Assembly: GCA_035084275.1 (NCBI GenBank)
Contig: CM068746.1
Location: 35,340,001-35,404,000 of the forward strand
Direction of reading: 5' to 3'
DNA: 64,000 nt
Source of the DNA: Hydrolagus colliei
Taxonomy: Eukaryota
Positions 37,834 to 50,940 of this stretch are shown piece by piece. The notes beneath the pieces were generated by a model. That model did not search any database. It saw nothing but the letters and a program-made list of their open reading frames with translations, and was not told the origin of the DNA. Position numbers and translations under genes: made by a program. Positions within the stretch are counted from its first letter, which is position 1. Each line of letters begins with the position of its first letter.

Positions 37834-40800
37834 TATATAAATTAATTTGTATTTTATTGTACATGTTGTCTGTTCAGTGATGGAGTCCACGGTTCAAAGT
37901 GAGGAGATGTGGCGATGCTATCGTATGATACGCTGCCCCACTCAGTTACCTTTGGGTGTTCGTTGTGTCTCCAAATAACCAAGTTGTTTTGCAGCTGTGA
38001 AGCTTTACAGGCTGGTGGATAACACCTTTTCTCATTCTCTTGCTTTTTAAAACATTTCAAAAAATTAAGGTAAAAATGTATAAAATAAAAACCCTAACAA
38101 AGGGTGCTTTCATCTGGTACATTGAGCAATGAAATGACCAAGAGGAGGAACTGCCTGTGTCACCTGTATTTCTGATGTTTACTCAATGACTAGAGAGTCT
38201 CATTTGAGCACCAGGGTTTTAGGATACGATTTATTTCTGCCACGTGCCAGCAGTTTCCTCATGTGCCCCTACTCATGCTCACTTGAAACCATCTCCCACA
38301 AACTCCTTCGGGAATGCAGTGGGAGATGAGGAAATCACAGTAGAAATGCAGCAGGACTTGTAGGAAGCATAACTAAGCAATCTGGTTTACGACATTATAT
38401 ATCAAAGCCACAGTAAATCCTTAATCAGACGAGAAAATATTGTGGAGTTTGTCGATGTTCCAGGTTTTTCCAGATGTAAGGGATTTCTGTTCTCTTGAGA
38501 TATTTGAAGTGCTGGCAGCTAATCTCTTTTCATTCATTCAGTTGCTCATCAACAAAGCATGATCATCAATGAGGCCAATGTCAGAGAATGTCAAACGTGC
38601 TTTTTATCCGCAGACATGTGGCTTGTTAAAAGGCTAAAATCCATCGATATCCTGGTGCCGGAAGCTCATGTACTTTCCTCAGAAGACCAGGGCGAGACCA
38701 AATGTAACAAAACTTCCATTAAGTCTTTTTCACCACTAATTCTGTGGATGATGGAATGTATCACTTGTCTCCTAACAATTAGAAATGATGGGGATTGTGA
38801 AGTGTAATGTCGATAACACACAAAATAACCATCTCGGGTTCCATTTTCATTCGGGTTCCACTTTCAATAGCTTTGACTGTTCCTTGTTAAGATTGATTCT
38901 AAATCAAATATCATCAAAGAAAAGCAAATGTGTCTTATTCTAAGATGTAAATGAAAATAATGTTTTATCTGTTTGCAGAACTTTACAGAAATTCACTTAG
39001 GTTTTATTTGTTTAAAAACATGCATGGTACAGTACCTTCCAATATAAATGTGACCCTGCAAAATCAGAGACAGGATTTAGTTTCCATGCTGGAAGATTTT
39101 TCAGAGAACTGTTTTTAACAGTGGCACATATTGTCCATCTCTCCCCTCAACCCCAAACAAACAAGCAATTGAATTAAAAAGAAAGGTCTGTTTCCCTTTG
39201 CTTCGGGTATTATTTTTGCATTCTGATGCTTGAGGACTATGGGTCAGATGTTCATTCTACCCACCCAATGCACAAATGTGTGAGTTTCACAATGACCTCT
39301 TTTTCACTCTGAAAGGAGTGGAGAAGCCATGGTCACCCTCCGTAGAGAGATTGTCGTTGTGTGCAATTTCAACTTCATTGTAACTGGCTTATGATGTACT
39401 GTATATCCATAAATTAACTCCAATGATTATCTGTCAATCTCAAGTCCCTTTTGATATCACTGGCCACCCTGTATAACACCACATAGTGTAAGATTTTACG
39501 GGTCTGGCCAACAAAATAATCATAGAAATAACAAAATAGCAAAGATTTGTGCTACAATTCTAGAAATATTCAATCAAAAAACATTTATTTTGTTGGCCAA
39601 CCAGAGAGTTTGGTCACTATTGGTCGAGATTAACTCTGTTTTACAGACATACGAATCCCAAGAGTGAATGCAAAAGAACAGAAGATACCGGCCTTGACGT
39701 TTCATTCTTTCACTGTTTGAGATTATGCACAAAGTTTAAGGTCCAAATAAACTCTTGGATTTTCTTCCTCAAATACATTATTTTTGCAAGTTAGGTTTCT
39801 CCAGTGGGATTCTCTTACAAAAATTCAAACTTGTTTTCGAGTACTGAGCTCTGCATCATGAGGTATAAAAGAGCTATATATGCCCAAAATATATTGCTTT
39901 TCGTTCATGCAGTTAATGTGAGAAGTTGCTATTTAGAATGTATGAAAGTGAAGTTGATGTACTCTGCTGCTCACTTGTACTTCACTGATAGCAAAATAGC
40001 ATGTTCCCAGATGAAATGAAAACCCAAATAATAACAATCCTTGCATTTGATATAGCAACGTATCACCTTGTTGAGATGTCTCAAAGCGCTTCTCAGAATA
40101 TACGGTAAATTGGATTTGACAACCGGGTTCCTACTGACCATTTATTTTCTAAGCCCAGGCACCCATGCCACATTGACATTGTGGTGATCTTGAAATTCAT
40201 GCTGAATTACAATTTCTATTCCCTTCCTTGATCCATCCTGAAAGAAGAGTCCTATGAGGGCAACTCAACCAGGCTTCATAGGTTCTTTTTAATAAAAAAA
40301 AGGAAATGTTAATTTGACACAGCAGCAGCTAAACGTTTAACACGTTTAAGATTTTATTTTTCAGTGCCTAACACATTTCAAATCTGGCCAGAACAGGCAT
40401 TGAATTATTCAGTTCTAATTGAGAATCAGAACAAGAAATCCAGATTTACTCAACAGAAAAAGCTCTTCTGGTCATTTTGTATGTGAACGAATTTGCCTTC
40501 CTCAATGATTAATTGTATTTCCTTCCCCATATTTAATTACCAAGTGCCCAGGCAGAGTTACAGATGGACTTCTGCTGTTTAGGCTCAACGACTCACTGAT
40601 CCTAACAGTCAGTACTTTGGCCATGTCCCTTCCCTTCCCTTTTTCAAGGTTCACCTCAAAACTTTCCTCTTTGACCATACTTTCCGCTATCTTTCCCCTC
40701 CCCCTCCCCAACTTGGGTGCTAATCCTGGACTTCCAGTGCTTTGGGATGGCCTCCAGATGTGAAAAGCGTGTACGCATGCAATGTGTTGTTGTAAATCTT

Positions 40801-41319
40801 CATTATTCAATGCTCGATGCACAAGTGCAGAAAGGATTAAACATTAGTACTGTTTACCATTTATATTATATTTGTGTTGTACATCAGACCAATTTATTAC
40901 TTGATGAAGTCAACTGGAACAAAACCTATTTGGGTTACCATGAAGGGCAGTGGAGACTACTGCATTGGATTCATCAGAGAGCAAACAATTTAAGGCACAA
41001 AACACATTTTATGTTCAATTCAACATCAGAGCGTAAATCTTTGAAGTGTGACAGAAAATGGAGAGGGTAACGATGAAGGAGACAGCCCATGATGAACTGA
41101 ACTAAATGCTTGATTTTTAGAGTAAACTGTCTGGCTGTTCATCTGTGCCTCTTCAGGTGAACATTAAAGGTTGTATCAAGACAAAAAAATTGTTCCCTGT
41201 GACATACTGTTCACCTGTCCTCTTGGTTTGGCCGTGCACTTATTGATTGCGTTGTATTGTCTTGACTTGCGATTGCTGGGATCTATCAGCTTGTTGAACC
41301 TTGTGACTGTATCTCACAG

Positions 41320-41470
41320 CCCAAGCTATTGAGCAGCGACTGGTGAAGATTGACCACACTGCCATTCATCCCCATTTACTGGACATGAAGATTGGACAGG
41401 GCAAGTATGAGCAAGGCTTCTTCCCCAAGTTGCAGTCTGATGTCCTGGCATCAGGGCCAACAAACAACAA
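41320..41470 (+). CDS. DENND5B: Exon 7: [50 protein letters not shown]
   Basis: ctcacag|CC acceptor, AA|gtaagt donor, 151 nt; translated by hand (this frame is not in the ORF track). Confidence 0.95.
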
Positions 41471-42169
41471 GTAAGTGTAACATTATGCTTTGGTTAGTTT
41501 TGGTTTCTTCCCCATTCTTCTGCCTACACCTTATCAAGAGGATTATACAACCAGGGCAGCATTTATCTGTTGATGATTACTCTTCATTCCTCCTGTCTTT
41601 AGGGTGGCTTCTCTCTCGTCCCTTCTTAATCTGGCTCACGTTAGAATGCTCCTGAAAGAAGGGCTGCAGTGATGTGACTGTGATATAACACTAATTTTGA
41701 TTAGCACTTTGGCCGCCAGACTCCATTGGTTTTAATGATTGGGTATCTTCCCATTTTATAAAATCCTCTGTATGTAAGCGAAATACCAGCCTGGCTCACT
41801 TGGCTGCACTCTCATCCCTGAATCAGCTCCACATACAGACTTTGAACCTGCAATCTTGGCTGACCCTTCAAAGAAGTGCTGGTGAGGGGTGGCAGGGGAG
41901 AGGAGGTGCGCTGCATTGAGATGCTCAGCCAAGGCCCCACCTGTGCCTGTTCAGGTGAATGTTAAACATCGTATGGCATTATTTAAAAGAGAAGGTAATT
42001 GTTTCTGATGCCCTGACTGTCTGTAGGACATTGTTGAGTCCAAGTTGACTTGTGTTTCACCTACAAATTACAATGACTACACCTCACAGTAAAGCACTTT
42101 GAGATGTCTTCTGATGTATATATTTGAGTGAAACAATTATTATTGCTACCCAGTCATTCAAAGTGTTTA

Positions 42170-42520
42170 ATAATAATACTAATCCTTCCATTTGATATAG
42201 TGCTGTTGCAAAGCGTTTCACAGAATATACTGAAAATTGAATTGACTATATATTTTGTGGGTGAAAACACGGCAGCCAATTGTATGCAACAGAGTCCCGT
42301 AAATAGTCGTAGATTGAGTGACCACATTTTTGTTTGAGGAAATATTACCCTCAAAAAGCAATCCGTCAATCAACTAACAAACCGAGTTCTGACATACTGT
42401 TAGATAAACAGAGGTGTGTGGAGTAAGGAAACTTGCCTAAGGTTTAGCTCCACCTGATAATCGAACCTGGGTCCTCTCGCTTGCAAGACGAGTTGTGTGA
42501 CTAATACATTACAGGACTCC
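42170..42520 (-). mobile_element. SINE family A, long form; head ends about 30 nt before the exon 8 acceptor
   Basis: Ends tacaggactcc. Confidence 0.85.
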
Positions 42521-42552
42521 ATAGTTTTCATAACAAATCTTTCCTTTCACAG

Positions 42553-42646
42553 TCGATGGGCAAATCGAAGTGCCACAGCCCAACGAAGAAAAGATCGTCT
42601 GAGGCAACATTCAGAGCATCTTGGACTGGATAACGACCTGAAAGAG
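42553..42646 (+). CDS. DENND5B: Exon 8: RWANRSATAQRRKDRLRQHSEHLGLDNDLKE
   Basis: ttcacag|T acceptor, GAG|gtacat donor, 94 nt. Confidence 0.95.
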
Positions 42647-44465
42647 GTACATAGTGACTCTGGCTATTCTCAGGTTCATAGTCGACAAAGGAAAGGCTTG
42701 TGTCTTTGAGGGCAGGACTGTGGAGAATTCAGCTTACTGCGGTTTACTATGTTCTTCCCCTCTCTTTCACCTTCCCTCTCTCTACTGTTCTTTGAGCTGA
42801 ACTCATAGTAGACATTTCACCAACTTAAATTTGTTTTTAAATCAAGCTTTTCTGGCATCTGTAAATTTGAATGTTTGAGATGAGGATATAAATGCAAGTG
42901 CCTGTGTACGCTTTTACCATATTCAGTGGCACTCACTTTCATCTCATTCCGAGATTTGTTTTTAACCCAACATTTTACCAAGTTTGATGCAAGAGAAGAT
43001 CAAATTCAATAATGATATGATTATATTATGCAGTATGAGCTCAGTGAAATATGAAATGACCTCTGCAGTGAATGTAAACTGCACATTTCAGAGAATATGT
43101 GAAAGAGGATTTCAGTGCATGACAGCTTTAATGCACCAACTTGTTTGGAGGTTGGTTTTCCAGTGCACTGTAAGCCAGGGCTTGAAAATGCCACTCCCTC
43201 ACTCTCAACATTAATCATATCTTGCTCAAAGGTAAGAGAATGTAAAGAGAGTGATACAACTTAATCTCAGCGTGTGTATAATATAACAATATAACAAGCA
43301 GCAGTATTACATGCAAAGCACAACATCATTTTTGTGAGCGAGTGGCATTTTCTCTGGCGAATAATGTTGCTATTTAGACAAAGAAAGGCTTTGGCAACTG
43401 ACCCGCAGTGATCGTGCACCTTTGATCATCTCACACAGCCTGTGTTTAAATCTAAGAATTGTTAACCCTGTCCATTTCATTGTTCCCATTGGTGAAATTA
43501 AATTGTTTGATGATGAAGGTTTGCTTTTGAATTCGGTTTACCTCAAATCGACGTTTTCAGTCTTTGTCCAGGACAAAGACTTTAATTGCCAATTAAAGTC
43601 AACCAGCGCTGGCGCCTTCTGAGTTACTTTTAGAAACGAGTGTAAAACTCCACTTTGCAATTTTCCAACCACTGCCAAATTATTTTGCTTCAATTTCCAG
43701 ATTATAATATTGAAATTAACCAAAGTCTGGGGATATGTGACTGAAGTGATTGCTTTTGAGGGAGCTGGCATGGAGACGATGAACTGATAGTTCTTCTTCT
43801 GTGCCATAAATTTCTTTTGTTTTGTGATTTTAATATCTTCACCTCCTTTCAGTATCAGATTGTCCTCTGTCTCTGGTAGCATTTCAATTTGACCCTATTT
43901 TTGTAAGCCTCTGCTGATAAAAAGTTAAAACATTTCAACATTGAATTTCCACCTGGTCCAGATTTATTATATTCAGGGAGAGCTCAGAATTTGGCAAGTT
44001 GTTAAAATGCAGCCTTTGTTTTGAAGCAGGTTTTCTTTAATATCTTTTAAGACCTGAAGTTATTAAATTGAGTCTGCTTGTTCGGGTGGAGTTATGATCC
44101 CATTGGTACTATTTGAAAAAGAGAATTGCCTCCCAAATGTAGTCGCAGACCTTTACTCCACTAGACTTTACAGTAAATCCTGCAAAGGGTTTTCAGACAT
44201 CCTCCCGATGTGAAACGTGCTATTTCAGATGTAAGAATCATCATTATTTTATTATGATTTAGTAAACTGTATTGGAAGATAAAACTGAATCGAATAATGT
44301 GCAAAACTATGGGCGCTGCACATTTACTATAAATCCAGTAAATGGAGACAACCCAGTGGGTATTTCTCCCCAAATGTTTGTTGAACTCAAGCTGCCCGGC
44401 GTGACAACCGCAAGATCACAGAAGCTCCGATTAAAATTAGTTTTATGTTTCAGCGAGGTGTGTAA

Positions 44466-44882
44466 ATAATAATCCTTGTGTTTGAAATAGCATCTTATCA
44501 CATTGTCAAGACGTCGGAAGCGCTTCACAGGATATATATTGTGAAGTATTTTGTAGACGAAATAGCCCGTTTGCACACAGCAAAGTCCTACCAACAGCCA
44601 TAGAGCGAGTTACCAATTTTATCTGGGGGAATGTTGGGGAGGATTAGCTGGAGAAACTCCTTTCTCTTTTCAAGTAGTGTCACAGGATCTATAATGCTTT
44701 TTTGAACAGGCAACTGAGACCTTGGTTTATTCTCTCATCTGAACGATGGCACCTCTGACAGTGCCACATTCCTGCAGTACTGCATTGGAGTGTCTACTTA
44801 GATTCTGCGATTCCAAGCCCCAACATGAGGGCTTGAACCCACAACCTTGTAACTCAGAGGTTACCACTGCACCAGACTGACA
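44466..44882 (-). mobile_element. DeuSINE-like family B, near full length
   Basis: Homologous to 46888-47315. Confidence 0.8.
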
Positions 44883-45025
44883 GCAGAATGATCCACTGAT
44901 ACGATGTGTCTATATTTGCTCTGCTTGTCGCAAGTTTCTACTCTCAATCACTTTGGATGGTCAGCGCCTCTCGAAGCTCTGTTTTTAAGCCCCTTTCAGT
45001 CTTGGCCTTGCAAATGTTGTGTGTG

Positions 45026-45065
<40 letters not shown>

Positions 45066-45170
45066 CTTACATTTATAGAGCACCTTTCACATCGGGAGGA
45101 CATCCCAAGGCACTATACAGTCAGGTAGTGACCAGAGCAGTGGGGGAAGGAGTGGGAAGGGGAAGGAGAG
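45026..45170 (-). mobile_element. L2-type 3' end with (GATT)n tail, seen as an (AATC)9 microsatellite
   Basis: (AATC)n 45026-45062 abuts acatttatagagcacctttcacatcgggaggacatcccaaggcact. Confidence 0.78.
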
Positions 45171-46690
45171 TAGGAAAAATTGACTGTATATTTGTGGGTG
45201 AAATACAATTAACAAGATCTTCACTGTAACTTTGCAACACTTCAAAATGAGTTGAAATCCATCAGGTTTCAAAACCCAACCTTCACCACCGTTTCTGATT
45301 ATTTGGGAATATTTTTTATTCTTTTCTTGTCTGTTCTTTTACTTTCTCGTTTCTTTCCTTTTTTTCCCTCCCCACCCCCTGCGGCTTCCTGTGCATGCTC
45401 ATTTGCTTTCTGACTCTCTCTCGGTGTGCATCTGGCCGGCTCAGCCAAGGCAGGGACTCCTACTCCAGCAGAACTCTATGGTATTCTGGGAGTGGGATCA
45501 GGGCCCACCCCCACCCATGCGACCTCCCAAAAAATCGTTCTCTGAGTGCTCTCTGGTATGTTGTGTGAGAAACGTATCTAAAGGAGTGCAGAAAGAGGCT
45601 GCCACATTTCACTGCTTTGTTTCACGGTTTCGGGCTGTTTTATGTGTCGAATGATCACAAACAAGTTCTGTATTTACTCAAAAGTGATCTGGAAGTGTCC
45701 ACTATTGTCACCTCAAAACCTCTCAGAGAGACTTTTTCATTAATTTTTTTGACCAACGCTGTTCCTCAGTCCGTGGTCCTACCGGCTTGCGTTGACTTGA
45801 TGACGGATGAAAAAGTCCGGTGAAAACACTGATGTGTCCTGGTTCTGCTCTAACCCCACAAGCCTACTTCAAAATGCTAAACTCTCAAGGAAGTTTGACT
45901 TATTTCACTCACACTCACTTATGTTCATATCACTCAGTCTGACATAGCCATCGCACAGAATGCTAGGACAGTGGCTACAGTTTGCGTGTTTTATAATTGC
46001 ATCCATCCCTTTGTCGACCAATAGTTGTTTTTGTGAAAGTTATGGTCAGACGTCTCAACAACGGAATAACATTATATCAAATCAAGAATATCATTGCATT
46101 TCATAAAGCGCCTTATCACGTCCTCTAAACATCCCAAAACACTTCATAGAATATACTGTAAAGTGAATTGACTGTATTTTGTGGGCAAAACACTGCAGCC
46201 AATTGTTCACAGCAGTGTCCCACAAACAGTCGTAGATTGTTAGGTAACCCTAGGTGTGTAGAAGGAAGGGAACTCACCTAAGGTTTTTGTCCCACCAGTG
46301 TATTGAACTTGCATCTTCTCACTTGCAAAGTGAGAGTGTTAACCAATATGCCTCGGGTCTCCCATCTATTCACTTCAGCCTTGCAGCACAGAGCCACTAC
46401 CTTGTATTGGCTCGGTAGCACAATATAAATGTAGTTGTTGTTGATGGTGATGCCCCAAAGGGGAAAAATTGGTTCCAAATACCAACAACAATAACAAAAT
46501 TACCTTTGTATAGAGCCTTTCACATCCACTCTACTTCTCAAAGGCACCATTTGAACGTGTCAATAATAAAGCTGTTTATCAGATTAATCTGTAAGGCCTT
46601 GGGCTTCTGTTCCATAACACACACAATATTTTGTATAAGATTAGTTGCAGGTTAAAATGTTGTCTTATATACGTTTGCTCTGGTTAGCAG

Positions 46691-46822
46691 AAATACATCC
46701 AAGAAGCCCGCAGTTTTGGAAAGAGCCTTAGGCAGCCGAAGCTGTCAGATCTGTCACCTGCTGTCATCGCACAAACCAATTGGAAATTTGTTGAAGGCCT
46801 GCTGAAAGAATGTCGATTGAAG
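46691..46822 (+). CDS. DENND5B: Exon 9: [44 protein letters not shown]
   Basis: tagcag|AAA acceptor (NAGNAG), AAG|gtaact donor, 132 nt. Confidence 0.95.
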
Positions 46823-46887
46823 GTAACTTTTTGTTTCACGAGGAGCGGTAGAAAATAAATTGATTTTTTTTCTCTTTCCCATTTTAA

Positions 46888-47315
46888 TAACAATAATAAT
46901 AATCCTTGCATTTGGTATAAGGTCTTGTCACATCAGTGAAACATCTCAAAGCACTTATTATAGTTTACTACAAAGCGGAGTGACTGTATTTTGTGGGTGA
47001 ATCCGGCAGCCAGTTGCATACAGTATTGCTCCACAAATATCCATGGAAATCATGACCAATTTTATTTACTGGTTTTATTAGCCAGGATACTGGGAGAAAT
47101 TCCCTTCTTTTTTCAAAAAGTGCCATAGGAACTTTAACGTCCACCTGTACAGGCTGGCAGGCTCGGTTTAACATCTCATCTGAAAGATGGCACCTCCGAC
47201 AATATAATGCTTCCCCAGCATTGCATTGAATTGTCAGCTTAGACTATGTGATTCCAAGTTCCGACGTGGAGCTTGAACCCACAGCCTTTGTGGGTGAAAG
47301 TGAGCCAAGCTGGCA
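46888..47315 (-). mobile_element. DeuSINE-like family B, near full length
   Basis: Deu-type core (aaaagtgccatagga...ttaacgtccacctg...ctcggtttaacatctcatctgaaagatggcacctccgaca) and shared tail. Confidence 0.85.
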
Positions 47316-47442
47316 GATAGTACAATATATGTTGGACAACAAAATAGATGCTAAATCTTACCAAATGCTCATCTATCTGTAAATCCTAAAGGTTGATTTT
47401 CCTCCACATTTCTCCCCTCTTTTGTGAACCTGTTATCATCAG

Positions 47443-47791
47443 TAATATTCCTTGCACTTGATATAATGCCTTATCATATCTTCGGGATGTTTCAAAATGC
47501 TTCACAGAATATACTGTAACATGAATTGACTGTATATTTGTGGGCAAAGCGCAGCAGCAAATTGCACACAGAGATGTCCCACAAACAATTGTGGATTGAG
47601 TGATCAGTTTATCATTTTTTTAAGGAATTTTTAACCGCGGATCCGCCAATCAACTAACAACCCGGTTCTCACTTATTGCTAGGTAAACAGAGGCATGTAG
47701 AGTAAGGAAACTTGCCCAACGTTTTGCCCAGCCAGGAATCAAACCCAGGTCTCTTGCTTGCGAGGCAAGTGTTCTTAAGCTACGGGATTCC
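47443..47791 (-). mobile_element. SINE family A, long form
   Basis: All modules recognisable. Confidence 0.87.
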
Positions 47792-48084
47792 ATATCGCTG
47801 TTTTTGCTGAGCACAAATCATGGCCAAATTCACATCTGAAACTCAGCAGTGAATGATAGATGAGAGACTGAAATCCTGGGACAATATTTAAACCTATCTC
47901 CCCTCACACCCCCTCACAACGTGGTACCATTTAACTCTTGTGTGTCAGCCAGAAGGCCAAGAGGAGGGAGATTTAATTGTACATAAACTGAGTAATTTTG
48001 ACACCCCAATCCACTCTTGTTTCATTTTCAGTGTTATTCAGGTTTACAAAGTGATTTTTTTTCTTCTAACCCGTTCCTCCGTAG

Positions 48085-48324
<240 letters not shown>

Positions 48325-48502
48325 TGAACATCCTTTCAGGTTGGCCAACAAAATATATTTTTTCAATTGAAACTTAATTTGTTTCATAAACTAGATTAGC
48401 GCAAACGTTCAGCTGTCCAATTCTTGATAGCTTTGTGGGTCTGTGGGTCATGGGTTGGCTACTACAGGCAAACACCACTCAGACATGTTGCACAGCCAAT
48501 TT

Positions 48503-48543
48503 CAATCAATCAATCAATCAATCAACCAACCAATCAATCAATC
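48503..48543. repeat. (CAAT)n tetranucleotide microsatellite
   Basis: Visible directly. Confidence 0.9.
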
Positions 48544-48616
48544 GTCTTGCACAAGGCAATTCCAATTGTAAGCAAAACAACTCCTTAGCTCTTCCTTTCT
48601 TTCTCCTTTATTCCAG

Positions 48617-48695
48617 GGAAAGTCTGCATTGTGGTCTCACCTGATTCATTTTCAGGAGAGTGAGGAGAAACGGGAGGTAGTAGCAGAATCTCCAG
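48617..48695 (+). CDS. DENND5B: Exon 11: GKSALWSHLIHFQESEEKREVVAESP
   Basis: attccag|GGA acceptor, CCAG|gtaggc donor, 79 nt. Confidence 0.94.
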
Positions 48696-49881
48696 GTAGG
48701 CTACTTGTTCTTCACGTTGTCTTTGAGCAGCAACATCTGATGTGTGAATCTCTGTGCTTCAGAGTTAGGCGGACTTCAGGTTGCTCGGCTACTCGCATCA
48801 CTCAGTGATGTTACTCCACCCGCTGAATAATGCGGCCATAAAGACACATTAGTCAGCCCTGAGGAGGGGGACCCGAGGAGGGGAGAGTCCAATGAGGTCA
48901 TGTGCTCTGCATGTGTATAAAATCACGGTGAAGCTTGTGAGGAACTGCTCAGATCACTGTTGATATTACTTCCTGTATTGTGCGAGTCTGCGTAGGGGGC
49001 ACCGCAAACATCACTTCCTGTGTACTGCACACGGGGCCCTGTGCACAGGAATCACTGACACCAATGCCTCGGGATGTCCTCCTAACATGGAAGGCAGAAA
49101 TGCACTTGTTTTTTGTATTTCGTATGGCAAGAGCAGCACTGGGGATGTGATGTTAGCGTTATGTACTGGGAAGTATGTTGTAACGTGCAAGGACCTGATA
49201 TCAGTGGAGACTTGCTGACAACACCATCAACACCAAATTGTATTTATATAGCGTTATTCGCATTGCGAGAGCTGAAAATGAAAGAGGCTGAAAATGAAAG
49301 TTGACCTGATGTGAAACTTGCCCATTTGTCTGTACCTCACTGAAAACACGGCCAATGAGACATCGAACTCAGGCAACCTCGTGAGAGTAAGGTATCCCAG
49401 CATAGAAATATCTGCATTATAAATGTATATATGGAAAACACAGATCATAGAATTACACAGCTCAGAAGGAGGCCATTCGGCCCATCATGCCTGTGCCGGG
49501 TCTTTGAAAAGAGTTGTCCAAATCAATCTCACTCCCTCTACAACTTATAATTCAACACTGTCCTAACTTGTCACTACCCGTTAAGTCATCCCACTGTTAA
49601 TTTCCCAGCCGCATTTATTTGTGCATTTATACATCTGCCGCACTTGCCACTCCTGATAACTCGTCATTGAGCCCCTTTTCCCTTGGCGAGCATTTTACTT
49701 AGGAGGTGAAACTAGATTGCAATCACTCTGGTGGTTTATGTCCTCACCTACAAAACAAGACTCCTATGTTTGCAGTGAACAGTATTGAGTCTTACAGCCA
49801 ATAGACTCTGTGTTTGGTGGATGTTGCCACTGGAGAATGGTTTGAGGAGTCTCCACATTGTCGACTCCGTTATGTTTGCAG

Positions 49882-49963
49882 GTGGAAATGGCCTGGAGCG
49901 TCGGAGATCGGAGTCTGGGTTGAACCTGCCATCCCTCAGAGTGTCCCTCATCCAAGACATGAG
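49882..49963 (+). CDS. DENND5B: Exon 12: GGNGLERRRSESGLNLPSLRVSLIQDMR
   Basis: tttgcag|GT acceptor, AG|gtatgt donor, 82 nt. Confidence 0.92.
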
Positions 49964-50136
49964 GTATGTTCAACCGGAACGCTGAAGGGAATGATGCTGT
50001 GAACAAGGACCATGAGCGGAGTAATGCACCCAGTAGCTCCGGTCCAGTCACAGTACTACAGCAACAGATTGGATTTGAGAAGTCACAACTTCGTTGACCA
50101 ATCTGCGTACAGGTGGAAACGGACTGTAGCATCTGT

Positions 50137-50940
50137 GGAGTCCTGTAGCTCATGGTTAGAGCAGTATCTCACAAACTAGAGACCCGGGTTCGATTGCCGG
50201 GCAGAGTGAAACCTTTGAGCAAGTTTCCTTACTCCACACGCCGCTGTTTACATTCGCCACATTGTCAGGTGTAACATTGTCAAAGGAACCCAGTTGGTAG
50301 TTGATTGAGGGATCACTTTTCTGGCAGTTAAATAACCTCTTAAAAGAGAAGAATTTGATCACCCGATCCACGACTGTTTGTGGGACACCGCTGTGAGCAA
50401 TTGGCTGCTGCGTTTCGTCCACAAAAATTATACAGTCAACTCACTGTACATTATATTATGTCATGTGCTTTGAGAAGTCTCGAAGATGTGATAAGGAGCT
50501 ATCTCAAATGCAAGGATTATTATTATTATTATTTACATGGAATGGTTAGTACACCCGGATTCGATTCCTGACAGGGTGAAAACATTCTTTCCTAGTGGTA
50601 GACAGTTGATTGGGAGATTGCTTTCCGTGGGGTGGGGGAAAATAATCTCTCCACCCCACCACCGCAAAAACTAAAATTGGTCACCGAATCTGACTGTTTG
50701 TGGGACACTGCTGTGTGCAATTGGCTACTGTGTTTCACCAACAAATATACAATCAATTCACTAGGAAATTGTAAGAATGTGGGGAATGAGTGAGGGAGTG
50801 GGTCTGACAGGGTAGCTCTTCCAAAGAGCCAACGCAGACACGATGGGCTGAATGGCTTCCTTAATATTCTAAAAAGCGCTTTGAGACGTCGATAAGATGT
50901 GGAAAGCATTATATAAATGTAAGGATTATTATTATTATAT
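50137..50940 (+). mobile_element. Two tandem SINE A copies; the second carries a CR1 3' fragment (about 50770-50862)
   Basis: Head at 50137, (ATT)n tails at about 50530 and 50938, CR1-like gatgggctgaatggcttcct inside the second copy. Confidence 0.8.

Noticed and set aside
38411-38489. Weak inverted repeat cagtaaatccttaatc / gatgtaagggatttctg
   Set aside because: Needs several gaps and has no TSD; too degenerate to call a MITE.
39630-39720. Acceptor-like ttaactctgttttacag followed by a short open frame
   Set aside because: No convincing donor and no similarity to anything I recognise.
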